DNA of 63,958 bases, the filler included, from Acidimicrobiia bacterium (GTDB lineage: Bacteria > Actinomycetota > Acidimicrobiia > Spongiisociales > JAENVV01): the NCBI GenBank assembly GCA_041577335.1. It is 5 parts of 5 records of this genome, joined end to end, with 100 filler letters (N's around TTAATTAATTAA, not from the genome) between each part and the next. Parts side by side here need not be neighbours in the genome. Positions count along the whole stretch, not along the records: positions 30,262 to 43,929 come from JBFGJH010000078.1; positions 44,030 to 56,088 come from JBFGJH010000080.1; 3 more parts are not named here. One strand, 5' to 3'. Below the pieces are notes generated by a model. The model saw only the letters and a program-made list of their open reading frames with translations. It was not told the DNA's origin and made no database searches. The position numbers and the translations under genes are program-made. The stretch's first letter is position 1; each line of letters starts with the position of its first letter. Positions 41,079 to 51,158 of the stretch are shown piece by piece.

Positions 41079-42439
41079 CGACCCTGCTCGTTCGCAATGC
41101 CGAGGCCCTGGTCACGATGGACGACGAGGGCACTGAGTTCTCCCGAGGCGGCCTGTTCGCCAGGGACGGATGGATCGAGCAGGTGGGACCCGCCGAAGAG
41201 CTACCGACAACGGCAGATGAGGTCATCGATGCCACCAACATGGTGGTCATACCCGGCTTGGTCAACACCCATCACCACCTCTATCAGTCGCTCACCCGGG
41301 CCGTGCCCGCAGCCCAAGATGCCGGTCTTTTCGACTGGCTCACTGCGCTCTACCCGATCTGGATGAGACTCACTCCTGACCATGTTCGCTCGGCGACCGC
41401 CGTGGGTCTGGCCGAGCTCGCCCTGAGCGGGTGCACCACGGCGTTCGATCATCAGTACATGTGGCCGAATGGGTCACGAATCGACGACCAGTTCGAAGGT
41501 GCGTCGGCGATCGGGATCCGGTTTGAGGCGTCGCGCGGCTCGATGAGCGTTGGCGAGTCGTCAGGGGGTCTTCCTCCCGACGCGGCGGTGGAAGCCGAGG
41601 ATGACATCCTGGCGGACTGCGTTCGGGCGATCGACGCGTTCCACGATCCTCACCCAGGCGCCGTGCAAAGGGTGGTTGTCGCCCCCTGTTCCCCGTTCTC
41701 GGTGTCGGGCGATCTCATGAAGGAATCTGCCCGCCTGGCCCGCGACAAGGGCGTCCGCCTTCATACCCATTTGGCGGAAACTGCCGATGAGCAGGACTTC
41801 TGCCACGACCAGTATGGAAAGCGGCCTGTGGAGTTTGCCGAGTCGGTGGAGTGGATTGGAAACGATGTGTGGTTTGCCCATGCCGTTCACGTTGCTGATG
41901 ACGAAGTGCGGCGGCTCGGCGCCTCCGGCACCGGGGTGGCCCACTGTCCAACGTCCAACATGCGCCTCGCCTCGGGGATAGCTCCTATCGGTCGCTACCT
42001 CGCCGCCGGCGTGCCTGTCGGGCTGGGCGTCGACGGCTCAGCCTCCAATGACTCGGGCCATCTTTTGGCCGAGACGCGCATGGCCATGTTGATGGCCCGC
42101 CTGTCGGTTGCCCCCGGGGTGGGCCAGGCGGGCCCCCAGCTGAGCGCCCGTCAGGCGCTGCGCATGGCGACCCGCGGGGGAGCGGCCGTGCTCGGGCGCA
42201 GCGACATCGGCTCGCTGGTGGTGGGCAAGGCTTGCGACTTTGCTGCTTTTGCCATCGATGACCTTGCCTACTCAGGTTCGGCTGACGCGGTCGCCGGCGT
42301 CATCTTCTGCTCTCCCGGTGTTGCTCGCCACGTACGGGTGGGGGGCCAGGCCGTGGTCGCTGACCACCAGCTCGTGCGGGCCGACGCGACGGCCCTGACA
42401 CGAGAACACACGGCATTGAGTCAATTGCTTTATGAGTAA
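41075..42439 (+). CDS. 8-oxoguanine deaminase-like amidohydrolase
   Basis: NTHHHLYQSLTRA, PCSPFSVS, HTHLAE, HCPTSN, GVDGSASND. Confidence 0.88.
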   Translation: MTTLLVRNAEALVTMDDEGTEFSRGGLFARDGWIEQVGPAEELPTTADEVIDATNMVVIPGLVNTHHHLYQSLTRAVPAAQDAGLFDWLTALYPIWMRLTPDHVRSATAVGLAELALSGCTTAFDHQYMWPNGSRIDDQFEGASAIGIRFEASRGSMSVGESSGGLPPDAAVEAEDDILADCVRAIDAFHDPHPGAVQRVVVAPCSPFSVSGDLMKESARLARDKGVRLHTHLAETADEQDFCHDQYGKRPVEFAESVEWIGNDVWFAHAVHVADDEVRRLGASGTGVAHCPTSNMRLASGIAPIGRYLAAGVPVGLGVDGSASNDSGHLLAETRMAMLMARLSVAPGVGQAGPQLSARQALRMATRGGAAVLGRSDIGSLVVGKACDFAAFAIDDLAYSGSADAVAGVIFCSPGVARHVRVGGQAVVADHQLVRADATALTREHTALSQLLYE

Positions 42440-42525
42440 ACGGGAGGTCGCGCTGTGTCAGGACACGATTTGAGGGTTCTCCAGCAACTTGGTACGCTTG
42501 TGAAAGAAATCACAAGCGTCTGGCG

Positions 42526-42774
42526 ATGATGGCCAAAGAACGAACTTCACAGCAGATTGCCACGGCCACGGCCGGCTGGAATGTGGGTGGCTCGTTCTTT
42601 GGTTCGGTGGTGGCGGGCCTGCTGCTCGGCCTGCTCGTCGACAATTGGCTCGAGACCGAGCCGTGGGCGGTCATCATCGGCGTTACCCTCGGCATGTACT
42701 CCGGCTTCATGCGCCTGTGGCACTACGCCAAGGTACAGGGCGAAAAGGATGAGAGGGCACGACGTGAACGTTGA
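42526..42774 (+). CDS. AtpZ/AtpI-family (ATPase gene 1) protein
   Basis: G.L.GLLVDNWLETEPW..G; first gene of atp operon. Confidence 0.8.
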   Translation: MMAKERTSQQIATATAGWNVGGSFFGSVVAGLLLGLLVDNWLETEPWAVIIGVTLGMYSGFMRLWHYAKVQGEKDERARRER

Positions 42775-43159
42775 GGCGCTGCTCGCCACCCACACGGCAA
42801 AACGGGCCGTGTTCGTTGGTCCGGTGATGATCGGGATCTTTACGGCTCTTGGTGGTTGGGCAGGCGCTCTCGGTGCATCGATCGGTGTTGCCATCGTCGT
42901 TCTCAACTTCCTCGCCACCGGGTGGATGCTCTCCGTGGCGGCACGCATCAGTTTGGGTGCCTATCATGCCGCTGCGTTGTTCGGGTTCTTTGTTCGGCTT
43001 GGTCTGCTCCTCCTGACGATGGTGCTCATCACACGGGTGGTTGACCTGGATCGGATGGCGTTCGGAATAACTACGGTGGTCACATATCTCGGCCTGCTGA
43101 TCTGGGAATCGGTCGCGGTGTCGAGAGGGAGCGAAAGGGAGCTCGAGTGGATCAATTGA
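42764..43159 (+). CDS. atpI: ATP synthase subunit I-like membrane protein
   Basis: Four TM segments with LNF and VRL motifs; directly upstream of atpB. Confidence 0.75.
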   Translation: MNVEALLATHTAKRAVFVGPVMIGIFTALGGWAGALGASIGVAIVVLNFLATGWMLSVAARISLGAYHAAALFGFFVRLGLLLLTMVLITRVVDLDRMAFGITTVVTYLGLLIWESVAVSRGSERELEWIN

Positions 43160-43929
43160 TCCTTGCTGCAAGCGAATGCGACGTCGCCAACGATGTGGTG
43201 TGTACGCCGGCCAACGTGTTGGAGTTGTTCGAATTCAACTCGGTTGCGTTTTTCTGGATTCCGTTCGCCGCAATCGCCGCCATGGCTCTCGTGTACTTCG
43301 CACTCCGCAAACCGAAGCTGGTGCCCGGCCGTCTACAAGCGAGTGTGGAGAGCTTGATGAGCCTCGTCAGCGACGGCATCGCCAAGGACGTCATCGGTCC
43401 GGAGGGCGTGAAATACGTCCCGTACCTTCTTTCGCTGTTCTTCTTCATCTGGATCGGCAATCTCATGGAGCTCATCCCGGGCATCCATTTCCCGATTACG
43501 TCGCGGATGGCGCTACCGCTCTTCTTGGCTCTCCTCACGTGGGTGGTCTTCGTGACGGTTGGCATCATGAAGCAGGGCCTCGGCTATTTCGGCCATCTCA
43601 TCTGGCCGCCGGGGGTCCCGCTGCTGCTGAAACCGCTCGTCGGCCTCATCGAGCTCGTGTCCACAATCCTTGTCCGGCCCTTCTCGCTGGCAGTCCGGTT
43701 GTTTGCCAACATGGTCGCCGGCCATGTCATGTTGGCGCTGCTCCTGGGCTCCGCCGGGTTCTTCCTGCTCGGCCTCATCGACGGAGAAATCGGCATTGGC
43801 AGGATGAGCATCGGGCTCGCCTGGTTTGTCGTGGGAATCGGGATCTTCCTGTTCGAGCTCCTCGTCGGGTTCCTGCAGGCCTACATCTTCACGCTGTTGT
43901 CCGCGGTGTACATCGAGACATCGCTGCAC
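43147..43929 (+). CDS. atpB: F0F1 ATP synthase subunit a (runs into gap)
   Basis: VPGRLQ, RPFSLAVRLFANMVAGH, FELLVGFLQAYIF. Confidence 0.97.
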
Positions 43930-44029
43930 NNNNNNNNNNNNNNNNNNNNNNNNNNNNNNNNNNNNNNNNNNNNTTAATTAATTAANNNNNNNNNNNNNNN
44001 NNNNNNNNNNNNNNNNNNNNNNNNNNNNN
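43930..44029. other. Artificial contig linker
   Basis: N44-TTAATTAATTAA-N44. Confidence 0.99.
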
Positions 44030-44820
44030 AGCTCGAACTGAAGGTCGAGGTCGTCCATTGCGGCATTCATGAGGTCGGCCATCTCGGCCCGTTGCTCAGG
44101 AGTCAGCGAGGCCATGAATTGCGAGAACGCCGCCGCTCGGCGCGCCAGTGCCTCGAGCAGTTCCTCGATGGTGCTTGGCTGCTCGGGGAAGAAGTCGCCA
44201 TGGCGGGCCATGAAGTCATCGAACTGCTCCTGCGAGGGACCTGTCCCCTCACGGTGCTGCTCGAGCATCGCATTGAGATCGGCCAGCATGTCTTTGAGGC
44301 GGGCCATGTCTTCGGGGGACGGGTTCTGCATGGCATCGGCAAGGTTGCGGAACTGGCTGTCGAGCACCGCGCGGCGGATTTCTTCGAGCAACTCCTCGAA
44401 CGCCGCAGCCGCCTCGGCAGACTCGAAGTCGTAGCCCTTGAGCTCACGGATCGCTCGGGCCGGGTTGTCGGGAAGAGCATCGAGCGAGACCGCCTTGAAC
44501 GGCGCGGCCGGATCGGCCGACGCACCCAAGGCATCGCGCTCCAGCTCCTTGATGGCTTCGAGGCGCTCGGCAACATCGCCAAACGGGGTCTCGGCCGGTC
44601 CGCGGTTGCGCGTCCGCTCTCTGATGTCCTGGATACGCTGGCGCAACTCGTCGAGACCGGAGAATCGACCAGGCATGCCCTCGCGAAGCATCTGGCGAAG
44701 TGAGCGGTCGGCTGACCAACCGTCGAGGACATCTTCGCTCAACTGCTGGAAGACCTCGTCCACGAAGTCTGGATCAAACGGCTCCTGGCTCCCGTCCCAG
44801 CGGCTGTAACGACTCGTCAT
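44030..44820 (-). CDS. N-terminal part of vWA-domain protein (Rv0959-like), truncated
   Basis: RYSRWDGSQ, FMARHGDFFPEQP; ATGA-coupled to chelatase-like ATPase. Confidence 0.8.
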
Positions 44821-46220
44821 CCGCGATACCGGGCTCCGCCCCGTTCCGAAGTCTTGTTGAGGCGTCGCGACAAATGCAGGCCTTCCAGCACGAATTCAAT
44901 GCCCGCCGCTGCGTGCGCCGGAGATTCCACATCGAGGTCGAGCGTGCGAAGGATCGTGTCGATGTCGCCAACCGCTCGGGCTTGGCGGACGATCTCGTCA
45001 TCGGCGACGAGGTCACCGGTTTCGAGCTCCATGCCCGAATTGAAGGCGCCGACCCAGTCGGTGAAGTCGGTACCGAGCAGCCAGTTGCGGAACACCTCCA
45101 AGATCGCCGTCGACAGCAGCCGGTCCAAGATGTCGTGCTCTCGGCCCTCTTCGAACACCTCGAATTCGATGCGGCCCATCGACGACTGCACGACGCTGGG
45201 CAGGTCGGACACCCGTGCCACGGCATGAGCGGCTCCCGTGCGTAGCGCCCGTCGGGCGGCAGAGGCGATGACCGTTTCACGATTGGCCACGGAGAAACGC
45301 ACGCTCACACCCGACCGTTGATTGATGTGACTGCTGGCCCGCACCAGGTGAGTGAACTCGGCAAGGATCTCATCCAGGAACTCGGGGACGGTAACGTCCA
45401 CGGCATCCACCGTGTCATGGGATTCCTGGAGCATGATGGCGATCTCGTCCTCGATCGACCTGGGATAGTGGGTTCGCACCTCCGACCCGAAACGGTCCTT
45501 GAGCGGTGTGATGATGCGGCCCCGATTGGTGTAGTCCTCGGGGTTGGCCGATGCCACCAACAAGACATCGAGCGGCAAGCGGATGGTGTAGCCGCGGATC
45601 TGAATATCGCGTTCCTCGAGCACGTTGAGCAACGACACTTGGATTCGAGTTGGCAAGTCGGGAAGCTCGTTGATGGCAATGATGCCTCGGTTGGTGCGGG
45701 GCACCAAGCCAAAGTGGATGGTCAGCTCGTCGGCGAGATGGCGACCTTCGGCGACTTTGATGGGGTCGACATCACCGATGAGGTCGGCCACCGCAGTATC
45801 GGGCGTCGCCAACTTCTCCCCAAAACGGCGAGTGCGATCGACCCATCGCACCGCAACTGACTCACCTTCCTCGGCGACGAGGTGGCGGCAGGCAGCGCAT
45901 ACCGGACGGTACGGCGAGTCGTTGATCTCGCAGCCTTCGATGATGGGAATCTCATCGTCCAACAGATCGACGAGCAGCCGAATCAACCGGGTCTTGGCCT
46001 GGCCCCGCTCCCCCAAGAAGATGATGTCGTGACCCGCCAGGACTGCCCGCTCCAGGGCAGGCAGCACCGTGTCGTCGAAGCCGACGATCCCGTCGAACAA
46101 CCGTGCGCCACTCTGAAGGCGGGTAACCAGGTTGTCGCGCAACTCTTCCTTGACGGTGCGGTCGGTCCAACCGCTCGCCCGCAGCTCGGCCAGCGTGGTG
46201 GGTCGTGATTGCGTATCCAC
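44817..46220 (-). CDS. Magnesium-chelatase-like AAA ATPase (Rv0958-like)
   Basis: LGERGQAKTR, INELPDL, ANPEDYTNRGRIITPLKDRFG. Confidence 0.9.
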   Translation of the reverse strand: MDTQSRPTTLAELRASGWTDRTVKEELRDNLVTRLQSGARLFDGIVGFDDTVLPALERAVLAGHDIIFLGERGQAKTRLIRLLVDLLDDEIPIIEGCEINDSPYRPVCAACRHLVAEEGESVAVRWVDRTRRFGEKLATPDTAVADLIGDVDPIKVAEGRHLADELTIHFGLVPRTNRGIIAINELPDLPTRIQVSLLNVLEERDIQIRGYTIRLPLDVLLVASANPEDYTNRGRIITPLKDRFGSEVRTHYPRSIEDEIAIMLQESHDTVDAVDVTVPEFLDEILAEFTHLVRASSHINQRSGVSVRFSVANRETVIASAARRALRTGAAHAVARVSDLPSVVQSSMGRIEFEVFEEGREHDILDRLLSTAILEVFRNWLLGTDFTDWVGAFNSGMELETGDLVADDEIVRQARAVGDIDTILRTLDLDVESPAHAAAGIEFVLEGLHLSRRLNKTSERGGARYRG

Positions 46221-46319
46221 CCCGCAACCATAGGCCGGTGTGCAGGCTATCGGTTGACGGAATACCGGGCCCGTCGGGTGGCTAGATTCAGTCTCTCGCC
46301 AACCGAAGGGATCGGCCTC

Positions 46320-47312
46320 GTGGTCCAATTCGCATATTTCGCCGGGCATGAGCAGTGGCAACCAGAAGAGCTGGTCAGACATGCCCAACTCGCCGAACAA
46401 GCCGGCTTCGACATGGTGGTCGTGTCAGAGCACTTCCATCCGTGGGTCGATGATTATTCGGCGTCCGGGTACGCGTTTTCCACGATCGGGGCGATGGCGC
46501 AGGCTACCGACCGACTGAGCTTCGCCACCGGTGTGACCACGCCGTTGTTCCGTTACCACCCGGCCGTGGTCGCCCAGGCGGCCGCCACCCTCGATCGCCT
46601 GTCGGGCGGACGGTTCAACCTCGGGGTCGGCACCGGCGAGAACCTCAACGAGGGGCCGCTGGGCTTGCCGTTTCCGGCATACGCCGAGCGGGCCGCTCGT
46701 ATGGATGAGGCACTCCAAATCATGCGAAGGCTGCTCGACGGCGAGAAGCTGACGTTCGACGGCGAGTACTACCGGACCGACCGCGCCAAGCTCTATAGCC
46801 CGCCGCTCGGCCCGGTACCGCTCTGGCTGGCAGCCGGCGGGCCCAAGTCTGCCGGGCTGGCCGCCCGGCGGGCCCAGGGCATCATCACGTCGGTGAAGGA
46901 ACCTGAGGTGACGTTCGAGAAGGTCATAGAACCGGCTCGGGTGGCTGCCAAGGAGGCGGGAGTGGAAGCACCCAAGGTGCTGGCGACGCGTTGGTCGCTG
47001 CACGCCACCAACGATGACGAGGCCTGGGAAGCTCTCAAGTCGTGGAGGGGACTCCGTGCCCCGGGTCGCCTCGAAGCCGTGGATCCGATGGTGCTGCGCC
47101 AACGAGCCGATGAGCTCCCCCGCGAAGAGGTTCTCGGCCGCTACTCGCTGGTGGAGACCGCCGACGATATCGTCGAGACCTACCTTCCGCTCGTGCGCGA
47201 TGTCCATGCCGACATCGTGACATTCCAGATGGCTTCACTCGACCAGGAGGGTCTCATCGCCATGTTGGGCCGCGACGTTCTGCCCCGATTGCGTCAACAG
47301 GTCTCGGGCTAG
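46320..47312 (+). CDS. F420-dependent LLM-class oxidoreductase (G6PDH family)
   Basis: HEQ, SEHFHPW, RYHPAVVAQA, GVGTGENLNE. Confidence 0.9.
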   Translation: MVQFAYFAGHEQWQPEELVRHAQLAEQAGFDMVVVSEHFHPWVDDYSASGYAFSTIGAMAQATDRLSFATGVTTPLFRYHPAVVAQAAATLDRLSGGRFNLGVGTGENLNEGPLGLPFPAYAERAARMDEALQIMRRLLDGEKLTFDGEYYRTDRAKLYSPPLGPVPLWLAAGGPKSAGLAARRAQGIITSVKEPEVTFEKVIEPARVAAKEAGVEAPKVLATRWSLHATNDDEAWEALKSWRGLRAPGRLEAVDPMVLRQRADELPREEVLGRYSLVETADDIVETYLPLVRDVHADIVTFQMASLDQEGLIAMLGRDVLPRLRQQVSG

Positions 47313-48016
47313 CTGCCCTCGTCGATCACCTGGAACAGGTCGTCGACGCTCTCGGCGACGGCGATCCCAGGATCGTCGCCGGGTTGGCGGTCCGCCAGGA
47401 CCTGCCAGCTCGACCGGTAGAACCTGGCTGCTTGCTCCCCAATCAGCCGCTGACCGGCAGTCAGCGACTCGACCCAGTGCGTGTATGACCCGACGAATGG
47501 GCCACCGAGCGACGCGATCGGATCGATTCGCCATCCGATCTCCGGGTCGTTTCGCAGCACCCAGATGCCGAGCGAGGTTCCGTCGGCCAGCGTGACGCCG
47601 ATCGATTGAAACTCGTCGCCTCCCACATCGTGTTCCTCCGGATCGGTGAACGAAAAGCTCTCAGAGCCCGTCAGCCCGGGAACGGCCGCTACGAACGAGC
47701 TCCAGAAGTTCTCTCGGATCTGCGGAGCGAGCGTCGCCGTACCATCGGCCACCCCTTGCAGCAACGAGACATCTCCCGCTTCTACCGCAGCCAACAAGAG
47801 CAGCTGCGGCTCGTCAACCAGACCGTCGGCGGTGTCGAAATCTCCCTCCCTGAGCATGTTGAGGAACTCGAGCAGCACAACGTTGGGTTCCACAGTCGCA
47901 GTGGCGAGGGCGGTTTCGCTTGGCTCGGGCGCGGCCGGAGTGCTCGATGTCGGCGACGAGGAACACGCGGCCATGAGAGCGGTGAAAACAAAGAGGATTG
48001 GAAATGTACGGCGCAC
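47309..48016 (-). CDS. Hypothetical lipoprotein
   Basis: Lipobox LMAAC followed by S/T/P linker. Confidence 0.65.
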   Translation of the reverse strand: MRRTFPILFVFTALMAACSSSPTSSTPAAPEPSETALATATVEPNVVLLEFLNMLREGDFDTADGLVDEPQLLLLAAVEAGDVSLLQGVADGTATLAPQIRENFWSSFVAAVPGLTGSESFSFTDPEEHDVGGDEFQSIGVTLADGTSLGIWVLRNDPEIGWRIDPIASLGGPFVGSYTHWVESLTAGQRLIGEQAARFYRSSWQVLADRQPGDDPGIAVAESVDDLFQVIDEGS

Positions 48017-48034
48017 GCCGGGCAGGTTATCGCA

Positions 48035-48550
48035 CTAACCCGCCAGGCGTCCGGTCTCGACGAACGTCCGCCGCTTTTCGGGGTCGTTCATGCCGGCGAT
48101 CACCCACAGGGCGCCGAGATATGCGAGTCCGGCGACTTCCTGAACAATCGTGGCCAGATTCAATTCCCGATCAAGGAAGCCGCCCCAGTAGGGCTGGACA
48201 CCCGGAGAGAAATCGAACCCCAGAAACGGCCACAGGAAAGTCTGCCCGCTGGCCCACATGCCGTCGAGCACCAGATGGATGAGCGCTCCGATCGCCACGG
48301 CCATCAACTTGCGACGTCGTCGTCCCCGCCGCGTGGCCAGCAACGCCACCACCATGATCACGCTTCCAAACAGCAGCGTATGGCCGATGAGCCGATCCGA
48401 ACCAAGACCCGGGGCAATGATCGTCCCGAGCGGCTTGTCGATCAGGTTGGGGAGCAACGCTCCCAGCGCCAGATACCGGATATCGACCTTGGGGTCGCGA
48501 TAGATCCACCGAAAGAGAAGAATGGCCCCGGCGATGTGCCAGAAGAACAA
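48035..48550 (-). CDS. Membrane-bound metal-dependent hydrolase (YdjM-like)
   Basis: GALLPNLIDKP, GHTLL, HLVLD, WPF. Confidence 0.8.
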   Translation of the reverse strand: MFFWHIAGAILLFRWIYRDPKVDIRYLALGALLPNLIDKPLGTIIAPGLGSDRLIGHTLLFGSVIMVVALLATRRGRRRRKLMAVAIGALIHLVLDGMWASGQTFLWPFLGFDFSPGVQPYWGGFLDRELNLATIVQEVAGLAYLGALWVIAGMNDPEKRRTFVETGRLAG

Positions 48551-48562
48551 GCCGAGCCTCGC

Positions 48563-49273
48563 TCAGGGGACGAGGAGGCGCCGGCAATGCAGGCAACGGG
48601 GCGGATCCTCTTTGCGGATCTCCAACTGCTCGGCCGCCGACAGGGTGAGGTGGCATCCGCCGCACACGCCGTCGGCCAGGCGCCCCACCGCCACTCCTTC
48701 TTTGGTCTTGCGCAGGCGCTCGTACGTCTCGAGAAGGTCAGGAGGAATCAGCGTCAAGATCGCCTCTTTGCGCCCCTCTTTTCGAAGTACCTCGGCGTCT
48801 ATGGACTTCCATTCCTTGGTGACGGTCTCCTCGAGGGCATCTTTGGCCGCTTGGTCGTCGGCAACGGTCTGGGTGGCCTTGGCAACGGATGCTTCGAGCT
48901 CTTCGCGTCGGTCGAGAATTGCCAGCACATCATCTTCCATGCCACTCTTGCGGCGCTTCATTGATTCAATATCGAGGCGCATGTTGTCCGTCTCTTTGGC
49001 GCCCATGCCTCCCGCGAAGAGCCGGCGCTCCTGGTTGCCGATCTTGATCTCGAGGATCTCCAGCTCGCCTTCGTTCTTGTCGAGATCGCGGTTGGCCTCG
49101 GCCAACGACGTCTGGAGCGATGCCAGCTCCGCCTCGGATGCCACCAAGCGCTCGTGGGCAGCCTTGTACTCATCGAGCTCGGGAAGCGTGGAACGGCGAT
49201 TCTGGAGCCGATCGATTTGTAAGTCGACATCTTGGAGGTCCAAGAGATCTGCCAGGCTTTGGAATTCCTGCAC
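48563..49273 (-). CDS. Coiled-coil/C4 zinc-ribbon protein (DUF164-like)
   Basis: LLDLQDVD, long coiled coil, CGGC..CLHCRRLL; downstream of Nif3. Confidence 0.9.
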   Translation of the reverse strand: MQEFQSLADLLDLQDVDLQIDRLQNRRSTLPELDEYKAAHERLVASEAELASLQTSLAEANRDLDKNEGELEILEIKIGNQERRLFAGGMGAKETDNMRLDIESMKRRKSGMEDDVLAILDRREELEASVAKATQTVADDQAAKDALEETVTKEWKSIDAEVLRKEGRKEAILTLIPPDLLETYERLRKTKEGVAVGRLADGVCGGCHLTLSAAEQLEIRKEDPPRCLHCRRLLVP

Positions 49274-49335
49274 TCGGCCTCCTCGTCAGCAACATCTGCG
49301 AGTCAGCAGGCTAGCGCGACCCTCACGCCCGCCGG

Positions 49336-50130
49336 TCAGGCCCAGGGGTCGACCTCGACCCTGGTGAGATCGATGGGGTCGGCGCCCAGCTCCCTCCCGA
49401 GGGCAGCCCGCAAGGCCTTCATCCCGGGACGTTCGGTGGGTATGTGTCCAGCGTCGATGATCGACAAGCCCTGGTCGACGGCGGATACGGCGCGGTGGTG
49501 ACTCACGTCGCCGGTCACCAGCACATCCGCCTGCGCAGCTCGAGCGTCAGACGAGAAATCCGAGCCGGAGCCCGGCACGACCGCAACTCGCGCCACTCGC
49601 CCCGCCCGGTCACCAGCTATCCGGATCGCAGGGCTTTTCAGTCGATGAGCGACCTTCTCGGCGAACTCCGCCAGCGACTGTTCGTCAACGATGCCGATTC
49701 TTCCGATGGCGGGAGCCGGCGCCGGCGCATCGGACGCCCGCTCGACGAATCCGAAGGGCTCCACGCCGTCGAGGCCGAGGGATTCGGCGAGAGCATCGGC
49801 AGTCCCGCCGGCAGCCACATCAAACGCCGTGTGGGTGACGATGAGGGTGATCCCGGCCGTTGCCAGGGCCAGCGCCCTGCCGGTGGGGGTAGGTCCGGCC
49901 ACGAACGACTGGGTGGCCGCGAAGAGCACCGGATGGTACGCCACGAGCACATCCACGCCGGCCGCGGCCGCTTCGGTCACGACGGTTGCCGTCACCTCGT
50001 GGCACACCGCCACCACTTCGGCCGAACGGCCCGGGTCGCCGACCTGAATGCCAACCGGGTCCCAATGGGCAGCGTCAGAGAACGGGGCGATGCCGTCGAG
50101 GATGCGATAAATGTCGGTAGCCGTGCGCAT
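49336..50130 (-). CDS. Nif3-like dinuclear metal centre protein
   Basis: WDPVG, YHP, HTAFD, GSG, TGDVSHH, DAGH..TE. Confidence 0.92.
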   Translation of the reverse strand: MRTATDIYRILDGIAPFSDAAHWDPVGIQVGDPGRSAEVVAVCHEVTATVVTEAAAAGVDVLVAYHPVLFAATQSFVAGPTPTGRALALATAGITLIVTHTAFDVAAGGTADALAESLGLDGVEPFGFVERASDAPAPAPAIGRIGIVDEQSLAEFAEKVAHRLKSPAIRIAGDRAGRVARVAVVPGSGSDFSSDARAAQADVLVTGDVSHHRAVSAVDQGLSIIDAGHIPTERPGMKALRAALGRELGADPIDLTRVEVDPWA

Positions 50131-50165
50131 CCCGGGATCGTACTGGCCCAACAGCCTCCTAACCT

Positions 50166-50630
50166 ATGCCGATGCTGCTTGTTCCTGCCGTAGTCGCTGC
50201 GATCGTGGCGCTACTCGGCTTTCGGATCGCGCAAAAAAAATCTGGTTGGTGGCGCTCAATTCACCAGCCTTCGCTCACGCCATCGCTGTCCGCGCTCGGG
50301 GGGATATGGCTCGCCACCCACCTGCTTTTTGGCTTCGGGGTGGGTATGGCGCTCCGAGAATCCTCGCGCTCTCTCGTGCCGGTATTGGCCGGAATCTCGG
50401 TGGTGGCCGGATGGTTGTGGGTCGCGACGTTGTTCGGGCGCATGTCGGTGCGTAATGGCTTCTTCATGGTCTCCGTGGCGTGGGCGCCCGCCACCCTCAC
50501 TGCGATGGCGGCGATGGTGCAGGACCCGGCTGCAGGAGCATTCACAGCCGCACTTGCCTTGTTGCTCAGCGTTGCGGCCGTATGGTCGTTCGTTCTCTGG
50601 CAAATCAATGAGCCCACCCGCTATGGCTGA
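50166..50630 (+). CDS. TspO/MBR-like membrane protein (divergent)
   Basis: WWRSIHQPSLTP..IW..L motif, five TM segments. Confidence 0.6.
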   Translation: MPMLLVPAVVAAIVALLGFRIAQKKSGWWRSIHQPSLTPSLSALGGIWLATHLLFGFGVGMALRESSRSLVPVLAGISVVAGWLWVATLFGRMSVRNGFFMVSVAWAPATLTAMAAMVQDPAAGAFTAALALLLSVAAVWSFVLWQINEPTRYG

Positions 50631-50652
50631 ACGTGCCCTCCCTGTGACATGC

Positions 50653-50680
50653 AAAAAGCCCCGCCAGGGCGGGGCTTTTT
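50653..50680. terminator. Bidirectional intrinsic terminator
   Basis: AAAAA-GCCCCGC-CAGG-GCGGGGC-TTTTT between convergent genes. Confidence 0.9.
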
Positions 50681-50701
50681 GGTTATCCGTATGTGAACCG
50701 A

Positions 50702-50995
50702 TTACTCGGCGACACGCTCTTTCAGGCCCTTGGCAGCTTTGAACGCCGCATACTTGGTGGCCGGAATGTGAATCTTCTCGCCGGTTGCCGGGTTGCGACC
50801 GTCACGAGCCTTCCGACGACGAGTTTCGAAGGATCCGAAGCCCGAAATCGAGATCTTGCGGTCGGCATCGAGCTCGACAGCAATGATGCCGTGCCCTGGC
50901 TCCGAGCTGAAGATGGCATCAATGACTTCGGCAGCCTTCGCCTGAGTCAAATCAGTCTTCTTCGCAAGCTTCTGCGCCATTTCTGTCTTGTTCAT
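50702..50995 (-). CDS. hup: HU family DNA-binding protein
   Basis: MNKTEM, GFGSF, RDGRNPATGE, FKAAKGLK; GGAGG RBS. Confidence 0.95.
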   Translation of the reverse strand: MNKTEMAQKLAKKTDLTQAKAAEVIDAIFSSEPGHGIIAVELDADRKISISGFGSFETRRRKARDGRNPATGEKIHIPATKYAAFKAAKGLKERVAE

Positions 50996-51158
50996 TCGCC
51001 CTCCTCGGCAAATCTGGTGGGGGCGGCCTACCAGCTGATTTCCGCCCACTTGGCTAGAAAAGATACCCGGAAACGCCCCAAAACTGCGCATTTCCGGGGA
51101 AATCGCGTTCGGCCGAGTTGCCCGGGTCGGAGCTGATCTGTCGTAGTCTGGGAGGGCA

